Below, in pieces: positions 9,366 to 18,404 of a stretch of DNA of 64,000 nucleotides. A model generated the notes under the pieces. The model was given only the letters and a program-made list of their open reading frames with translations. It was not told the origin of the DNA and made no database searches. This DNA comes from Gemmatimonadales bacterium. Lineage in GTDB: Bacteria; Gemmatimonadota; Gemmatimonadetes; Gemmatimonadales; GWC2-71-9. Location of the stretch: assembly GCA_035309945.1 (NCBI GenBank), contig DATGEQ010000114.1:4266-68265 (forward strand), in the 5' to 3' direction. Made by a program: the position numbers and the translations under genes. The first letter of the stretch is position 1. Every line of letters starts with the position of its first letter.

Positions 9366-10586
9366 ATGCTGATCGGCGAGATCATTCAGGTCGCGCTCCA
9401 GGCGATCCGCGCCAACAAGCTGCGGTCGTTTCTGACGATGCTGGGCATCATCATCGGCGTCGGCGCGGTGATCACGATGGTGGCGCTCGGCAGCGGCGCC
9501 CAGAAGTCGGTGCAGGAACGCATCGCGGCGCTCGGTCCCACGTTGCTGTCGATTTATCCCGGGCAGGCGTTCCGTGGCGGCATCGCCATCGACTTCGGCG
9601 CGCGGGTGAGTCTCACCGTGGCTGATGCGGACACGCTGGCCGCGAACGCGCGCTACGTCAAAGCCGTCGTGCCGGAGCTGACCCGCAACCTCCAGATCAA
9701 GAAGGCCGGGCAGAACGCCAACGTCAACATCGTCGGCACGACCCCCAACTATCCGGCCGTAAAGAACTACACGTTCACCGCCGGCCGCATGTTCACGGCG
9801 GGCGAGAACGAAGGGCGCCGGCGTGTCGCCGTCCTCGGCTCCGCGATTCCCGACATGTTCAACGCGAACCCCGGCGGCATGATCGGTCAGGAGATGCAGA
9901 TCCGCGGCATTCCGTTCGAGATCATCGGCGTCTTGTCATCGAAGGGCTCGGCGGGGGGATTCGGCAACCCGGACGAGCAGGTGCTGATTCCGCTGCAGAC
10001 CGCGCGTTACCGCATCATGGGAACGGATCGCCTGCGCACGATCACGGTGGACGCCGCGAATGTGAATCAAATGACCCTGACCATGATCGAGATCGAGCGC
10101 GTGCTGCGGAAGGAGCACAAGATCCGGCCCGGCGCCGACAACGATTTCCAGATCCGCAATCAGTCGGACATTCTCGCGACGTTCCAGCAGACGACCGAGA
10201 CGTTCACGTATCTGCTCGCCGGCATCGCGGCGGTCAGCTTGCTCGTCGGCGGCATCGGGATCATGAACATCATGCTCGTGTCGGTCACGGAGCGTACGCG
10301 CGAAATCGGCGTGCGCAAAGCCCTGGGCGCGACGCGGTTCAACATCCTGTTTCAGTTTCTGGTGGAAGCGCTGGTGCTCTGCATGGTCGGGGGAATCATC
10401 GGGATTCTGTTCGGGTCGCTGGGAGCCGTGGCGTTGTCCAAGATCGCGCACTGGAATACCCTGATCAATTTCTTCTCCATCCTGGTCGCGTTCTTCTTCA
10501 GCGCGGTCGTGGGACTGTTCTTCGGGATCTGGCCGGCGCGGCGGGCGGCGGCGATGGACCCGATCGTCGCGCTGAGATACGAATAG
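9366..10586 (+). CDS. ABC transporter permease (MacB/FtsX family)
   Basis: N-terminal TM, large periplasmic MacB_PCD-like domain, then the FtsX 3-TM C-terminus (..RTREIGVRKALGATRFNILFQFLVEA..). Confidence 0.9.
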   Translation: MLIGEIIQVALQAIRANKLRSFLTMLGIIIGVGAVITMVALGSGAQKSVQERIAALGPTLLSIYPGQAFRGGIAIDFGARVSLTVADADTLAANARYVKAVVPELTRNLQIKKAGQNANVNIVGTTPNYPAVKNYTFTAGRMFTAGENEGRRRVAVLGSAIPDMFNANPGGMIGQEMQIRGIPFEIIGVLSSKGSAGGFGNPDEQVLIPLQTARYRIMGTDRLRTITVDAANVNQMTLTMIEIERVLRKEHKIRPGADNDFQIRNQSDILATFQQTTETFTYLLAGIAAVSLLVGGIGIMNIMLVSVTERTREIGVRKALGATRFNILFQFLVEALVLCMVGGIIGILFGSLGAVALSKIAHWNTLINFFSILVAFFFSAVVGLFFGIWPARRAAAMDPIVALRYE

Positions 10587-10603
10587 TCGGCATCGCGTAC
10601 AAA

Positions 10604-10680
10604 GGGGGACGGGAGCGGGGACAAGTACGCGACGGTTCGTAATGAGAACCGCGGCGGACCTCTCCCCTCTCCCTTCTCCC
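10604..10680 (+). terminator. long imperfect GC/purine-pyrimidine hairpin with a nested 6-bp hairpin, downstream of the permease gene
   Basis: GGGGGACGGGAGCGGGGA (10604-10621) pairs with TCTCCCCTCTCCCTTCTCCC (10661-10680) with about 2 mismatches and 1 G-T. Inner CGGTTC/GAACCG stem at 10633-10651. No clear U-tract. Confidence 0.3.
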
Positions 10681-10696
10681 GCGTTAGTTTGGTTCC

Positions 10697-13015
10697 ATGT
10701 TCGCCGTTCTGCTCCTGCTCACGCAGTCTCCAGCCGGGCCGCAACAGATTTACGACGGCCGCCTACACAACATCCACGTGCGGATCCCCCGCATCGACGC
10801 GACCGTGCGCATCGACGGCGCGCTCGACGAGCCGGTCTGGCAGCAAGCGGCGCTGCTGAAGGGTTTCACGCAGTACATCCCGGTCGACAGCCGGCCGGCG
10901 GCGGACTCCACCGAAGTGCTGACGTTTTACGCTCCCGACGCCATCTACTTCGGCATTCGCGCTTACGAAGCGCACGGCAATGTCGTGCGCGCGACGCTGT
11001 CGGATCGCGACAACATCGGGACCGACGACAACATTCAAATTCTGCTGGACACCTTCCATGACCGCCGGCGCGCGCTGTTGTTTGCCGTCAACCCGCTCGG
11101 CGTGCAGCAGGACGGCGTGCGCAGCGAAGGCCTGGCGGGGGCGGCGGGAGGCGCGAACCAAAGCATGCGGTTCGACGGCGTGGTCGATCTCAATCCCGAT
11201 TACGTCTATCAGTCGGCGGGCCACCTGACTCCGTGGGGCTACGAGGTCGAAGTCCGCATTCCATTCAAGAGCCTGCGCTACCAGAGCGCCGACCCGCAGG
11301 ATTGGGGTCTGCAGATCACCCGCGTCACGCAGCATACCGGATACGAAGACACGTGGGCGCCGGTGATTCGCGCGAGCGCCAGCTATCTCATTCAAGCGGG
11401 AACGCTCCAGGGGTTGACCGGCCTGCGACGCGGTCTGGTGATGGACGTGACGCCCGAGTTCACGTCGCGGCTCGACGGCGCGCCCGCGACGCCGTCGTCG
11501 TATCAGTACAAGAACGTCGACCCCGAGCTCGGCATGAACGTGCGCTGGGGCGTCACGCAGAACTTGAGCGCCGCGGGCACCGTGAATCCCGATTTCTCGC
11601 AGGTGGAGGCGGACGTCGGGCAGGTGACCGTGAACCAGCGGTTCGCCCTGTTCTTCCCCGAAAAGCGGCCGTTCTTTTTGGAGGGGCTCGAGCAGTTCGA
11701 TACGCCCAACGCGCTGATCTACACGCGTCGCATCATCTCCCCGCGCGGCGGCGCCAAGCTGACCGGCAAGATCGGCGGCACCGCGGTCGCCTATATCGGA
11801 GCCGTGGACGCCGCCGACAGCACGCCCAACAGCGCGCACCCCGTCGTCAACCTGCTGCGGCTGCGGCGCGATCTGGGCGCGAGCTCGACGCTCGGTCTCG
11901 CCTACACCGACCGCATGGTGGGCGGCGACTGGAATCGCGTCCTCGGCGCCGATGCCCGCGTGATCTGGAAAAAGATCTGGTATTCGACCGCGCAGCTCGT
12001 CGGCTCGTGGACCAAACAGGGAGTCGGTACGGGCGTGCAGAAGGGCGAGCTGTGGGACGTCACGGTCTACGATCGCACCGGCTACTCCTACGGCAATCAC
12101 GCCGAATTCGTCGGTGTGAGTCCCGATTTCGTGGCGCTCAGCGGATTCGTGAATCGGACGAACGTCGTACAGGGACGCATCGCGAACCGGTTCACCTGGT
12201 ACGGCAGGCCGGGAGCGTTCCTGGAGAACGCGACCACGTTCATCATGGTCCAACCGGTCTGGCATTACAATCAGTTCTTCAAGCTCGCGAGCACCGCCGA
12301 GGGCGACATCAACGAGCAGTGGATCCTGACGCTGCGTGGTGGCTGGACCGTCAATGCGCGGTGGCAGAACGACCACCAGCGCTTCGATCCGGGCGATTAC
12401 ACCTCTTATCAGATGGATTCGAGCAGCGTTCTCAAACCGTTCGCGGTCCCACACGGCCTGTACAACCTCTGGGGCGGTACCGTGGCGCTGGCGACGCCGG
12501 AGCGCAAAGCAAAAGTGAACATCAGCCTTGGCCGCGTATCGGGTCCGATCTTCGCGGAAGCCGCGGAAGGCCGCGCGACGAATATTTTTCTCGCCGCCAC
12601 CTGGAAACCGACGGCGTCGCTGCATTTCGACGCACAGTGGCCGCATCAGATCATCACGCGCGCGCGCGACGGCAGCTGGTTCTCGAGCGCCAACATTCCG
12701 CGGCTCAAGGTCGAATATCAGCTCACACGCGCGATCTTCGTTCGCTACGTCGGCCAGTACACGGTCCAGAAGATCGATGCGCTGCGCGATCCGCGCACCG
12801 GCGACACGCTCGTCATCAACAGCACGACGTCTACCCGGACTACGAGCACCGACTTTCGCAACGATTTCCTGATCTCGTATAAGCCGACGCCGGGAACCGT
12901 CCTCTTCTTCGGGTATGGCGCCTCGCTCACCGAGCCCGATCCGTTCAGCTTTCGGCAGCTGTCCCGCACCGGCGACGGCTTCTTTCTCAAAGCGAGCTAC
13001 CTGTTCCGGATGTGA
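10697..13015 (+). CDS. DUF5916 / CBM9-like (DOMON-like) domain outer-membrane protein
   Basis: 772 aa. The N-terminal ..[29 protein letters not shown].. matches my memory of the carbohydrate-binding family 9-like + DUF5916 architecture. Long beta-rich C-terminal part. Confidence 0.6.
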   Translation: MFAVLLLLTQSPAGPQQIYDGRLHNIHVRIPRIDATVRIDGALDEPVWQQAALLKGFTQYIPVDSRPAADSTEVLTFYAPDAIYFGIRAYEAHGNVVRATLSDRDNIGTDDNIQILLDTFHDRRRALLFAVNPLGVQQDGVRSEGLAGAAGGANQSMRFDGVVDLNPDYVYQSAGHLTPWGYEVEVRIPFKSLRYQSADPQDWGLQITRVTQHTGYEDTWAPVIRASASYLIQAGTLQGLTGLRRGLVMDVTPEFTSRLDGAPATPSSYQYKNVDPELGMNVRWGVTQNLSAAGTVNPDFSQVEADVGQVTVNQRFALFFPEKRPFFLEGLEQFDTPNALIYTRRIISPRGGAKLTGKIGGTAVAYIGAVDAADSTPNSAHPVVNLLRLRRDLGASSTLGLAYTDRMVGGDWNRVLGADARVIWKKIWYSTAQLVGSWTKQGVGTGVQKGELWDVTVYDRTGYSYGNHAEFVGVSPDFVALSGFVNRTNVVQGRIANRFTWYGRPGAFLENATTFIMVQPVWHYNQFFKLASTAEGDINEQWILTLRGGWTVNARWQNDHQRFDPGDYTSYQMDSSSVLKPFAVPHGLYNLWGGTVALATPERKAKVNISLGRVSGPIFAEAAEGRATNIFLAATWKPTASLHFDAQWPHQIITRARDGSWFSSANIPRLKVEYQLTRAIFVRYVGQYTVQKIDALRDPRTGDTLVINSTTSTRTTSTDFRNDFLISYKPTPGTVLFFGYGASLTEPDPFSFRQLSRTGDGFFLKASYLFRM

Positions 13016-14649
13016 CCAGTCTCGGGGCGCAGCTCCACGCCGAGCGACTCGCCAAACAGCGGCAGTACGTGCTGACGAACACCCGCGCGCGCTGGGGATT
13101 TGTCGGCTTCGGCATCGCGCTGCTGGCGGCCGTGAAGCTCGCCGGTATCACGACGATCTCGTGGTGGTTCATCCTCGTCTTCGCCGCGATCTTCGCCGCG
13201 GCGAACGCCGCCATTCGACGGCTCGTGCTCAGTGGCCGGTTCGAGCCGTGGTATGCGCAGCTCAACATCGCCGTGGGCTGCCTGCTCATTTCAGCGGTGC
13301 TGTACGCAATGGGCCCCAATGGCCACGTGCTGTACGGCGCGTACGTCATCGCCCCGCTCCAGGCCGCGCTCTACCTCGACCGGCGCGATGCGTGGGGCGC
13401 GTTGATCATCAACCTCGTGGCGTTCACGCTGGTGACGGCATTCGCGCAAGTCGCGGGACACGGCTGGACCTGGTCGCTCTACATCCAGGAAAGCCTCGTG
13501 CTCGTCTTCGCGTGCGTGGCGCTCGTACCCATGCTCGTGCAGATCGTCGACCGCCTGCAAACCACCCGCAGCGTGCTCGGCGAGATCGAGCGCGGCGACC
13601 TGACGCAGCGCCTGGAAAGCGGCGCCGGCAACGGCGCGACCGACGAGCTCGGCTTCCTCGGCGTCAGCGTGAACCGCACGACAGCCGCGATCGCCGAGAT
13701 CATCCGCGAGATCAGCCGGCAAGGTGACACGCTCGCCGCGATGGCGCGCGGGCTCGCGACCGCGGCGCGCGAGCTGCAGGCCGCCTCGCACGCGATTTCC
13801 ACCACGACGACGCAGCTCTCCGAAGGCACGGAGCGCCAGCGCCAGCTCATCGGCTACGGCCGCCAGGACTCCGAGGCGGCGTCGGGTCTCGCCACGACGT
13901 TGCACGCGCGCGCGCAACAGGCGGAGCGGCAGATCACCGAGATCGCCCTCCAGGCGCACCGGCGCGGTGAAGAAGTCGCCCGCGCGAGCACTCTGCTAAT
14001 GAATCTCATCGTCCACATGGATCACGCATCCGAAGTAGCGGGCGTGCTGGACCGCGAATCGCGCGAGATCGGAAAGCTGGTGGACGGCATCACCCGCATC
14101 GCGAGCCAGACCGACCTGCTCGCGCTCAACGCCGCGATCGAGGCGGCGCGCGCGGGACAGCATGGCCTCGGCTTCCGCGTCGTCGCCGCGGAGGTCCGCA
14201 AGCTTGCCGAGCAGAGCGCACGCTCGGCGGAGGAGGTGCGAGTACGCGTGCGCGCGACGCAGGATCAAATCACGCGCGTCGTGGATGCGATGCAGAAAGG
14301 GCGCGAAGCCGCGCAGGGCGTCGGCAGCGTCGCGACGACCGTGCACGGCGCGCTGGACGCGATCTTTACCGATCTCAACACGACCGTGCAGTTCGCGACC
14401 GCGTTCGCGGCGGAAACCGAAAATCAAACCAAGCGGATGGGCGAAGTGTTGCGCCGGATGGCGGAGGTCGCCGAGATCGCCGAAGGCGCCGCGAGCGGCG
14501 CGCGCCACACATCGGCGGCGACCGCGCAACAAATCGCTTCGCTCAACGAGCTCACCGCGACGTCGCAGCAGCTCTCGGATGCCGCCGCCCGTTTATCGGA
14601 GACGACGCGACGCTTCCGCACCAACGGCGCTGGCGCTCCCGAAAGCTGA
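13012..14649 (+). CDS. methyl-accepting chemotaxis protein with multi-TM membrane-embedded input
   Basis: 5-6 N-terminal TM helices and a HAMP-like linker. Highly conserved signalling hairpin ..[40 protein letters not shown]... GTGA overlap upstream. Confidence 0.85.
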   Translation: MTSLGAQLHAERLAKQRQYVLTNTRARWGFVGFGIALLAAVKLAGITTISWWFILVFAAIFAAANAAIRRLVLSGRFEPWYAQLNIAVGCLLISAVLYAMGPNGHVLYGAYVIAPLQAALYLDRRDAWGALIINLVAFTLVTAFAQVAGHGWTWSLYIQESLVLVFACVALVPMLVQIVDRLQTTRSVLGEIERGDLTQRLESGAGNGATDELGFLGVSVNRTTAAIAEIIREISRQGDTLAAMARGLATAARELQAASHAISTTTTQLSEGTERQRQLIGYGRQDSEAASGLATTLHARAQQAERQITEIALQAHRRGEEVARASTLLMNLIVHMDHASEVAGVLDRESREIGKLVDGITRIASQTDLLALNAAIEAARAGQHGLGFRVVAAEVRKLAEQSARSAEEVRVRVRATQDQITRVVDAMQKGREAAQGVGSVATTVHGALDAIFTDLNTTVQFATAFAAETENQTKRMGEVLRRMAEVAEIAEGAASGARHTSAATAQQIASLNELTATSQQLSDAAARLSETTRRFRTNGAGAPES

Positions 14650-14651
14650 CG

Positions 14652-15989
14652 CTACAGGCCCACAGCGCGACGCAGGCGGCGAGCATGAGTGTTGGCCGCG
14701 CGGCGAATCTCCGTCACATCAGCGGTCGCGAGTGAGCCGTCGCGGACGACGACACGGCCGTCGACGATGACGTGGCGCACGTCGCTTGCCCGCCCGCTGT
14801 AGACGATTCGCGAAACGAGGTCCGCTTCGTCGGGCTGGGCGTGCGGGCCGCCCAAATCCAGCACGATCAGATCGGCGCACTTCCCGACTTCGATCGACCC
14901 AATCTCGGCTTCGAGGCCGAGCGCGCGCGCGCCGCCGAGCGTCGCGAGCTCGAATGCCTGGGCAGCCGGGAGCGCATCCGGGCCGAGGCGCGGCTTCTGG
15001 ATCAGCGCCGCAAGTCGCACTTCCTCGAACGCATCGAGCCGGTTGTTGCATGGCGCGCCGTCGGCGCCGATGCCGACGCGGCAGCCGGCCGCCAGCATTT
15101 CAGGGATGGGCGCGATGCCGCTGCCGAGCTTCAAGTTCGAGCTGGGGCAATGAACGACGTTGGTCTGCTGGCGCGCGAGGTGCGCGATGGCGTCGGCGTC
15201 CACCCACACGCAGTGCGCCAACGCCGCGCGCGGGCCCGAAATGCCGATCGAATCGAGATACGCGATTTCGTCGTGGCCGGTCTCGCGCTTCACGGTGTCG
15301 AGCTCGAGCGGCGTTTCGGCAGCGTGCGTGTGAATCGTGATACCGCTCTGCTCGGCCAAATCGCTCACCGCACGCAGCAACGGACCCGTGCAGCTCGGCA
15401 CGTAACGCGGAGCGAAGCAGTAGCGCAGCCGGCCGCCCGCCGCGCCATGCCAGCGCGCGCAGAGATCGGCGCTTTCGGCCAGCGCCTGGTCGGTGGACTC
15501 GCGCAACGCCGGCGGACTGGCCGGCGAATCCATCATGCACTTCCCCGCGGTCGCGCGAATGCCGATTTCCTCGAGCGCTGCGAACGCGGCGTCCGTATGG
15601 CGCACCGTCTCCATGTCGAGAATCGCGGTCGTGCCACCGAGCAGCAGCTCGGCGGCGCCGAGCATGGCGGAGGCGTAGACGGAGTCTTTCGTGTGGGCCG
15701 CTTCGAGCGGCCAGATACGCTTCGCGAGCCACTCTTCGAGCGCGAGGTCGTCAGCGAGTCCGCGGAAGAGCGTCTGGCAGAGATGAATGTGCGCCTGAAT
15801 GAGCCCGGGAAGTATGACGAGACCGGAACAATCGATGACGGTGGGTTTTGACCGCCCGACCGCCGGAGCCCCCGACCGCCCGATTCTCGTGATGCGCCCG
15901 TCAGCGATGAGCACGTCGGCGTCGAGAATGCGACGGGAGGCATCCATGCTAACCAGCCGCCCGCCGCGCAGCAGGAGCGCTTTGCTCAA
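14652..15989 (-). CDS. amidohydrolase, MTA/SAH-deaminase (MtaD/TRZ-ATZ) family
   Basis: Metal-binding HxH (..LIQAHIHLCQTL..), HTHAAE, ..VVHCPSSNLKLGSG.. and ..GIGADGAPCNN.. motifs typical of the family. TTG start at 15989. Confidence 0.8.
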   Translation of the reverse strand: MSKALLLRGGRLVSMDASRRILDADVLIADGRITRIGRSGAPAVGRSKPTVIDCSGLVILPGLIQAHIHLCQTLFRGLADDLALEEWLAKRIWPLEAAHTKDSVYASAMLGAAELLLGGTTAILDMETVRHTDAAFAALEEIGIRATAGKCMMDSPASPPALRESTDQALAESADLCARWHGAAGGRLRYCFAPRYVPSCTGPLLRAVSDLAEQSGITIHTHAAETPLELDTVKRETGHDEIAYLDSIGISGPRAALAHCVWVDADAIAHLARQQTNVVHCPSSNLKLGSGIAPIPEMLAAGCRVGIGADGAPCNNRLDAFEEVRLAALIQKPRLGPDALPAAQAFELATLGGARALGLEAEIGSIEVGKCADLIVLDLGGPHAQPDEADLVSRIVYSGRASDVRHVIVDGRVVVRDGSLATADVTEIRRAANTHARRLRRAVGL

Positions 15990-16519
15990 GTCGAGATCCG
16001 GGGCCTCGTGCCGGTGCTGTCGGACGACGGCAGATCGAAGTAGGCCTCGACTTCGTCGAGCAGCTCGTCGTCCGAGTACAGTCCGGCTAAAATGCGCTCC
16101 GCGGTGCCCGGCGCTACCAACACGTAGCCGAATGGGTAGTCCACGCCGCTCAGCAAGATCATCCGGCGCTGCCGGTTGGGAAGCGCGACGTAGATCGTGT
16201 CGGAGTTGGTCGGCACGAGCTTGATGTTGTGACGCGCGAGCGTCGGCGCGATTCCTGCCGTCGTGGAGTTCAGCTCCTGCAGCGCTTCCGATTGATCCTC
16301 GGCCGTGAACGTGTCCGACGCGGCGATCCAGAAGACGAGGACCGTCGGCTCGGAGACGAAGCGCGGCTTGAGCAGCGCGCTATCGGCAGAATCGGTGGGT
16401 GTTACATCGGCAAACGTGAGCGAGTCGGGGTCGCGTGTGGTCTTCGTCGCCACGTCGGCTTGTTGCTGCGGCCGGCAGGAGAGCACACCAAGGGTCGCGA
16501 TGAACGTTGCTGCGCGCAT
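15986..16519 (-). CDS. hypothetical secreted/lipoprotein (177 aa)
   Basis: Only the last 177 codons of listed ORF 15986..17371 look coding. ATG at 16519 gives MRAATFIATLGVLSC (lipobox-like). The upstream part of the ORF is antisense to the cytochrome b gene. Confidence 0.55.
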   Translation of the reverse strand: MRAATFIATLGVLSCRPQQQADVATKTTRDPDSLTFADVTPTDSADSALLKPRFVSEPTVLVFWIAASDTFTAEDQSEALQELNSTTAGIAPTLARHNIKLVPTNSDTIYVALPNRQRRMILLSGVDYPFGYVLVAPGTAERILAGLYSDDELLDEVEAYFDLPSSDSTGTRPRIST

Positions 16520-16526
16520 GGCAGAG

Positions 16527-16534
16527 AATATACT
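16527..16534. promoter_or_regulatory. shared AT core holding two overlapping divergent -10 boxes (TATACT on +, TATATT on -)
   Basis: The 21-bp gap between ATG 16519(-) and ATG 16541(+) reads gcagagAATATACTtacccc. Each hexamer lies exactly 6 nt from its ATG. Confidence 0.45.
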
Positions 16535-16540
16535 TACCCC

Positions 16541-17254
16541 ATGTCTGCACCCGCCGCGCCCGCACCGGCCGCACCGCCCGCCGCGCCGCCTGTCCAACCC
16601 GTCAAGCGACATCATTGGATCGTTCGTCTCACGCATTGGCTGACGTTTGTGTTGCTCGTCGGAATGATCACGAGCGGCTTGCAGATCTACACGGCGTACG
16701 CGCGGTTCGGCGAGCGCGGCGAGCCGTCTTACGTCAACGCATTCGAAGGACAGCGTTTTCCCGCGTGGAGCAAACTCGGCGGCTGGCTCGCCGGCGGATT
16801 GAACTGGCATTTCACGCTGATGTGGCCGCTGATCTTCGGCGGGCTGCTCTATTTGTCGTATCTCGTCGCGAGCGGCGAGTGGCGCTCGCTGCTGTTTCGC
16901 CCGCGTGACATCAAAGGCGCGATCGAAATGCAGAAGTACTATCTGCGATTGCGCAAAGAGCACCCGGCGCAGGGCAAACACAATCCGCTCCAGAAGCTCG
17001 CCTACACGTTCATCATCTTCCTGGGCATGCTGTCGGTGCTCACGGGTTTCGCGATCTACAAGCCGACGCAGTTCTCGTGGCTCACGGCACTCTTCGGCGG
17101 ATTTCAGGCGGCGCGCTACTGGCACTTCTGGGCGGTGTGGCTGTTCACTGCCTTCTTGATCGTGCACGTGATTCTGGTTTTTGTCGTCGATCCGTCGTCG
17201 CTCAGAGCGATGATCACCGGGTGGTATCGCGGGAGATTCCCGAGCCATGATTGA
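16541..17254 (+). CDS. b-type cytochrome membrane subunit (cytochrome b561 / PhsC-HydC-like family)
   Basis: C-terminal 237 codons of ORF 16229..17254, ATG 16541. Four TM helices with conserved His (..RLTHWLTFVLL.. ..NWHFTLMWP.. ..HFWAVWLFTAFLIVHVILV..). Confidence 0.75.
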   Translation: MSAPAAPAPAAPPAAPPVQPVKRHHWIVRLTHWLTFVLLVGMITSGLQIYTAYARFGERGEPSYVNAFEGQRFPAWSKLGGWLAGGLNWHFTLMWPLIFGGLLYLSYLVASGEWRSLLFRPRDIKGAIEMQKYYLRLRKEHPAQGKHNPLQKLAYTFIIFLGMLSVLTGFAIYKPTQFSWLTALFGGFQAARYWHFWAVWLFTAFLIVHVILVFVVDPSSLRAMITGWYRGRFPSHD

Positions 17255-17951
17255 CCGGCGCGCGTTTCTCCGGCTCGCGGCAGCGGCTGGCCCCGCATCT
17301 CTCGTGAGCGCGTGCGGCTGGGACGGTGGCAACACCGTGCGACCGCTGCTGTTGGATGTCAGCCGCGTCAACGACTGGGTGGGCGAGAAAATTCTCTACT
17401 CGCAGCGTCGGCTCGCGCCGCTGTACGACGTCTCGCAGCGATCGCAGCAGCTGCCGATGTATTTCATCTCACCCGAGATGCCGATGCTGCGCGATCCGAA
17501 GTCGTGGCGCCTGCAAGTCGCAGGACTCGTGCGACAACCGCTGACGCTGTCGCTCGATGATCTACAAGCCATGCCGCGGACGACGTACACCGTCAAGCAT
17601 CACTGTGTCGAAGGTTGGAGCGCGATCGCGACATGGCACGGCGTGCCGTTCTCCGCGATCGCCGAGCGGTGCGGGATGTCGCCGCAGGCGCGCTATGTAC
17701 GGTTCGATTCGTTCGACTCCGGCTACTTCAACGGCTGGGACCTCGCGAGCGCGATGCACCCGCAGACGATTCTCGCCTACGGCCTGAACGACAATCCGTT
17801 GCCCGTCTCACACGGCGCGCCGCTCCGGCTCTACGCGCCCACCAAGCTCGGCTACAAGATGACGAAGTACCTCGTGTCGGTGACGTTCACCGCCGACCGG
17901 CCCGGCGGGTATTGGGAGGATCAGGGATATCCTTGGTTTGGAGGTGTGTGA
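17247..17951 (+). CDS. molybdopterin-binding oxidoreductase, sulfite-oxidase/YedY(MsrP)-like family, Tat-exported
   Basis: Twin-arginine leader [15 protein letters not shown]. ..[20 protein letters not shown].. and ..[21 protein letters not shown].. are typical of the Moco-binding fold. Confidence 0.8.
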   Translation: MIDRRAFLRLAAAAGPASLVSACGWDGGNTVRPLLLDVSRVNDWVGEKILYSQRRLAPLYDVSQRSQQLPMYFISPEMPMLRDPKSWRLQVAGLVRQPLTLSLDDLQAMPRTTYTVKHHCVEGWSAIATWHGVPFSAIAERCGMSPQARYVRFDSFDSGYFNGWDLASAMHPQTILAYGLNDNPLPVSHGAPLRLYAPTKLGYKMTKYLVSVTFTADRPGGYWEDQGYPWFGGV

Positions 17952-18403
17952 TGCCCGAGTTCAAACTCTCCGTCAACGGCCAATCTCGTACCGTCAACGT
18001 CCCCGCCGACATGCCGCTCCTCTGGGTCCTGCGCGACACGCTCGGCCTCACGGGCACCAAGTTCGGCTGCGGCATCGCGCAATGTGGCGCATGTACTGTC
18101 CATCTGGACGGCGCGGCGACGCGCTCGTGCGTGACGCCGGTCGCCGCGGTCGGCGCGCACAAAGTCACGACGATCGAAGGGCTGTCGCCGGACGGTAGCC
18201 ATCCGGTGCAACGCGCCTGGATCGCGGAAGACGTGCCGCAGTGCGGATACTGCCAGGTGGGCCAGGTGATGGCGGCCGTCGCGTTGCTCGCGGCAAAACC
18301 GCATCCAACCGACGCGGAAATCGACGGGGCAATGACCAATATCTGCCGCTGCGGGACCTACCAACGCATTCGCCGAGCCGTGCACCGCGCGGCCGAGGTG
18401 TAA
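17951..18403 (+). CDS. (2Fe-2S)-binding small subunit of an IorAB/aldehyde-oxidoreductase-type molybdoenzyme
   Basis: ATG 17951 (TGATG overlap). Motifs [11 protein letters not shown] and ..[10 protein letters not shown].. ..[11 protein letters not shown]... Confidence 0.9.
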   Translation: MPEFKLSVNGQSRTVNVPADMPLLWVLRDTLGLTGTKFGCGIAQCGACTVHLDGAATRSCVTPVAAVGAHKVTTIEGLSPDGSHPVQRAWIAEDVPQCGYCQVGQVMAAVALLAAKPHPTDAEIDGAMTNICRCGTYQRIRRAVHRAAEV

Positions 18404-18404
18404 C

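Noticed and set aside
7802-9385. Very long antisense ORFs opposite real genes (e.g. 7802..9385-, 10763..12646-, 3946..5061-, 48982..50673-, 46778..48169-, 27604..28836-, 22185..23774+)
   Set aside because: Their translations are Arg/Ala/Gly/Pro-rich, low-complexity and motif-free. They lie exactly opposite genes with strong family signatures. They are typical GC-driven shadow ORFs.
15986-17371. 461-aa ORF on the minus strand
   Set aside because: Only the last 177 codons (from ATG 16519) look like a real secreted protein. The upstream 284 codons are antisense to the well-supported cytochrome b gene and read as Arg/Glu/His-rich noise.
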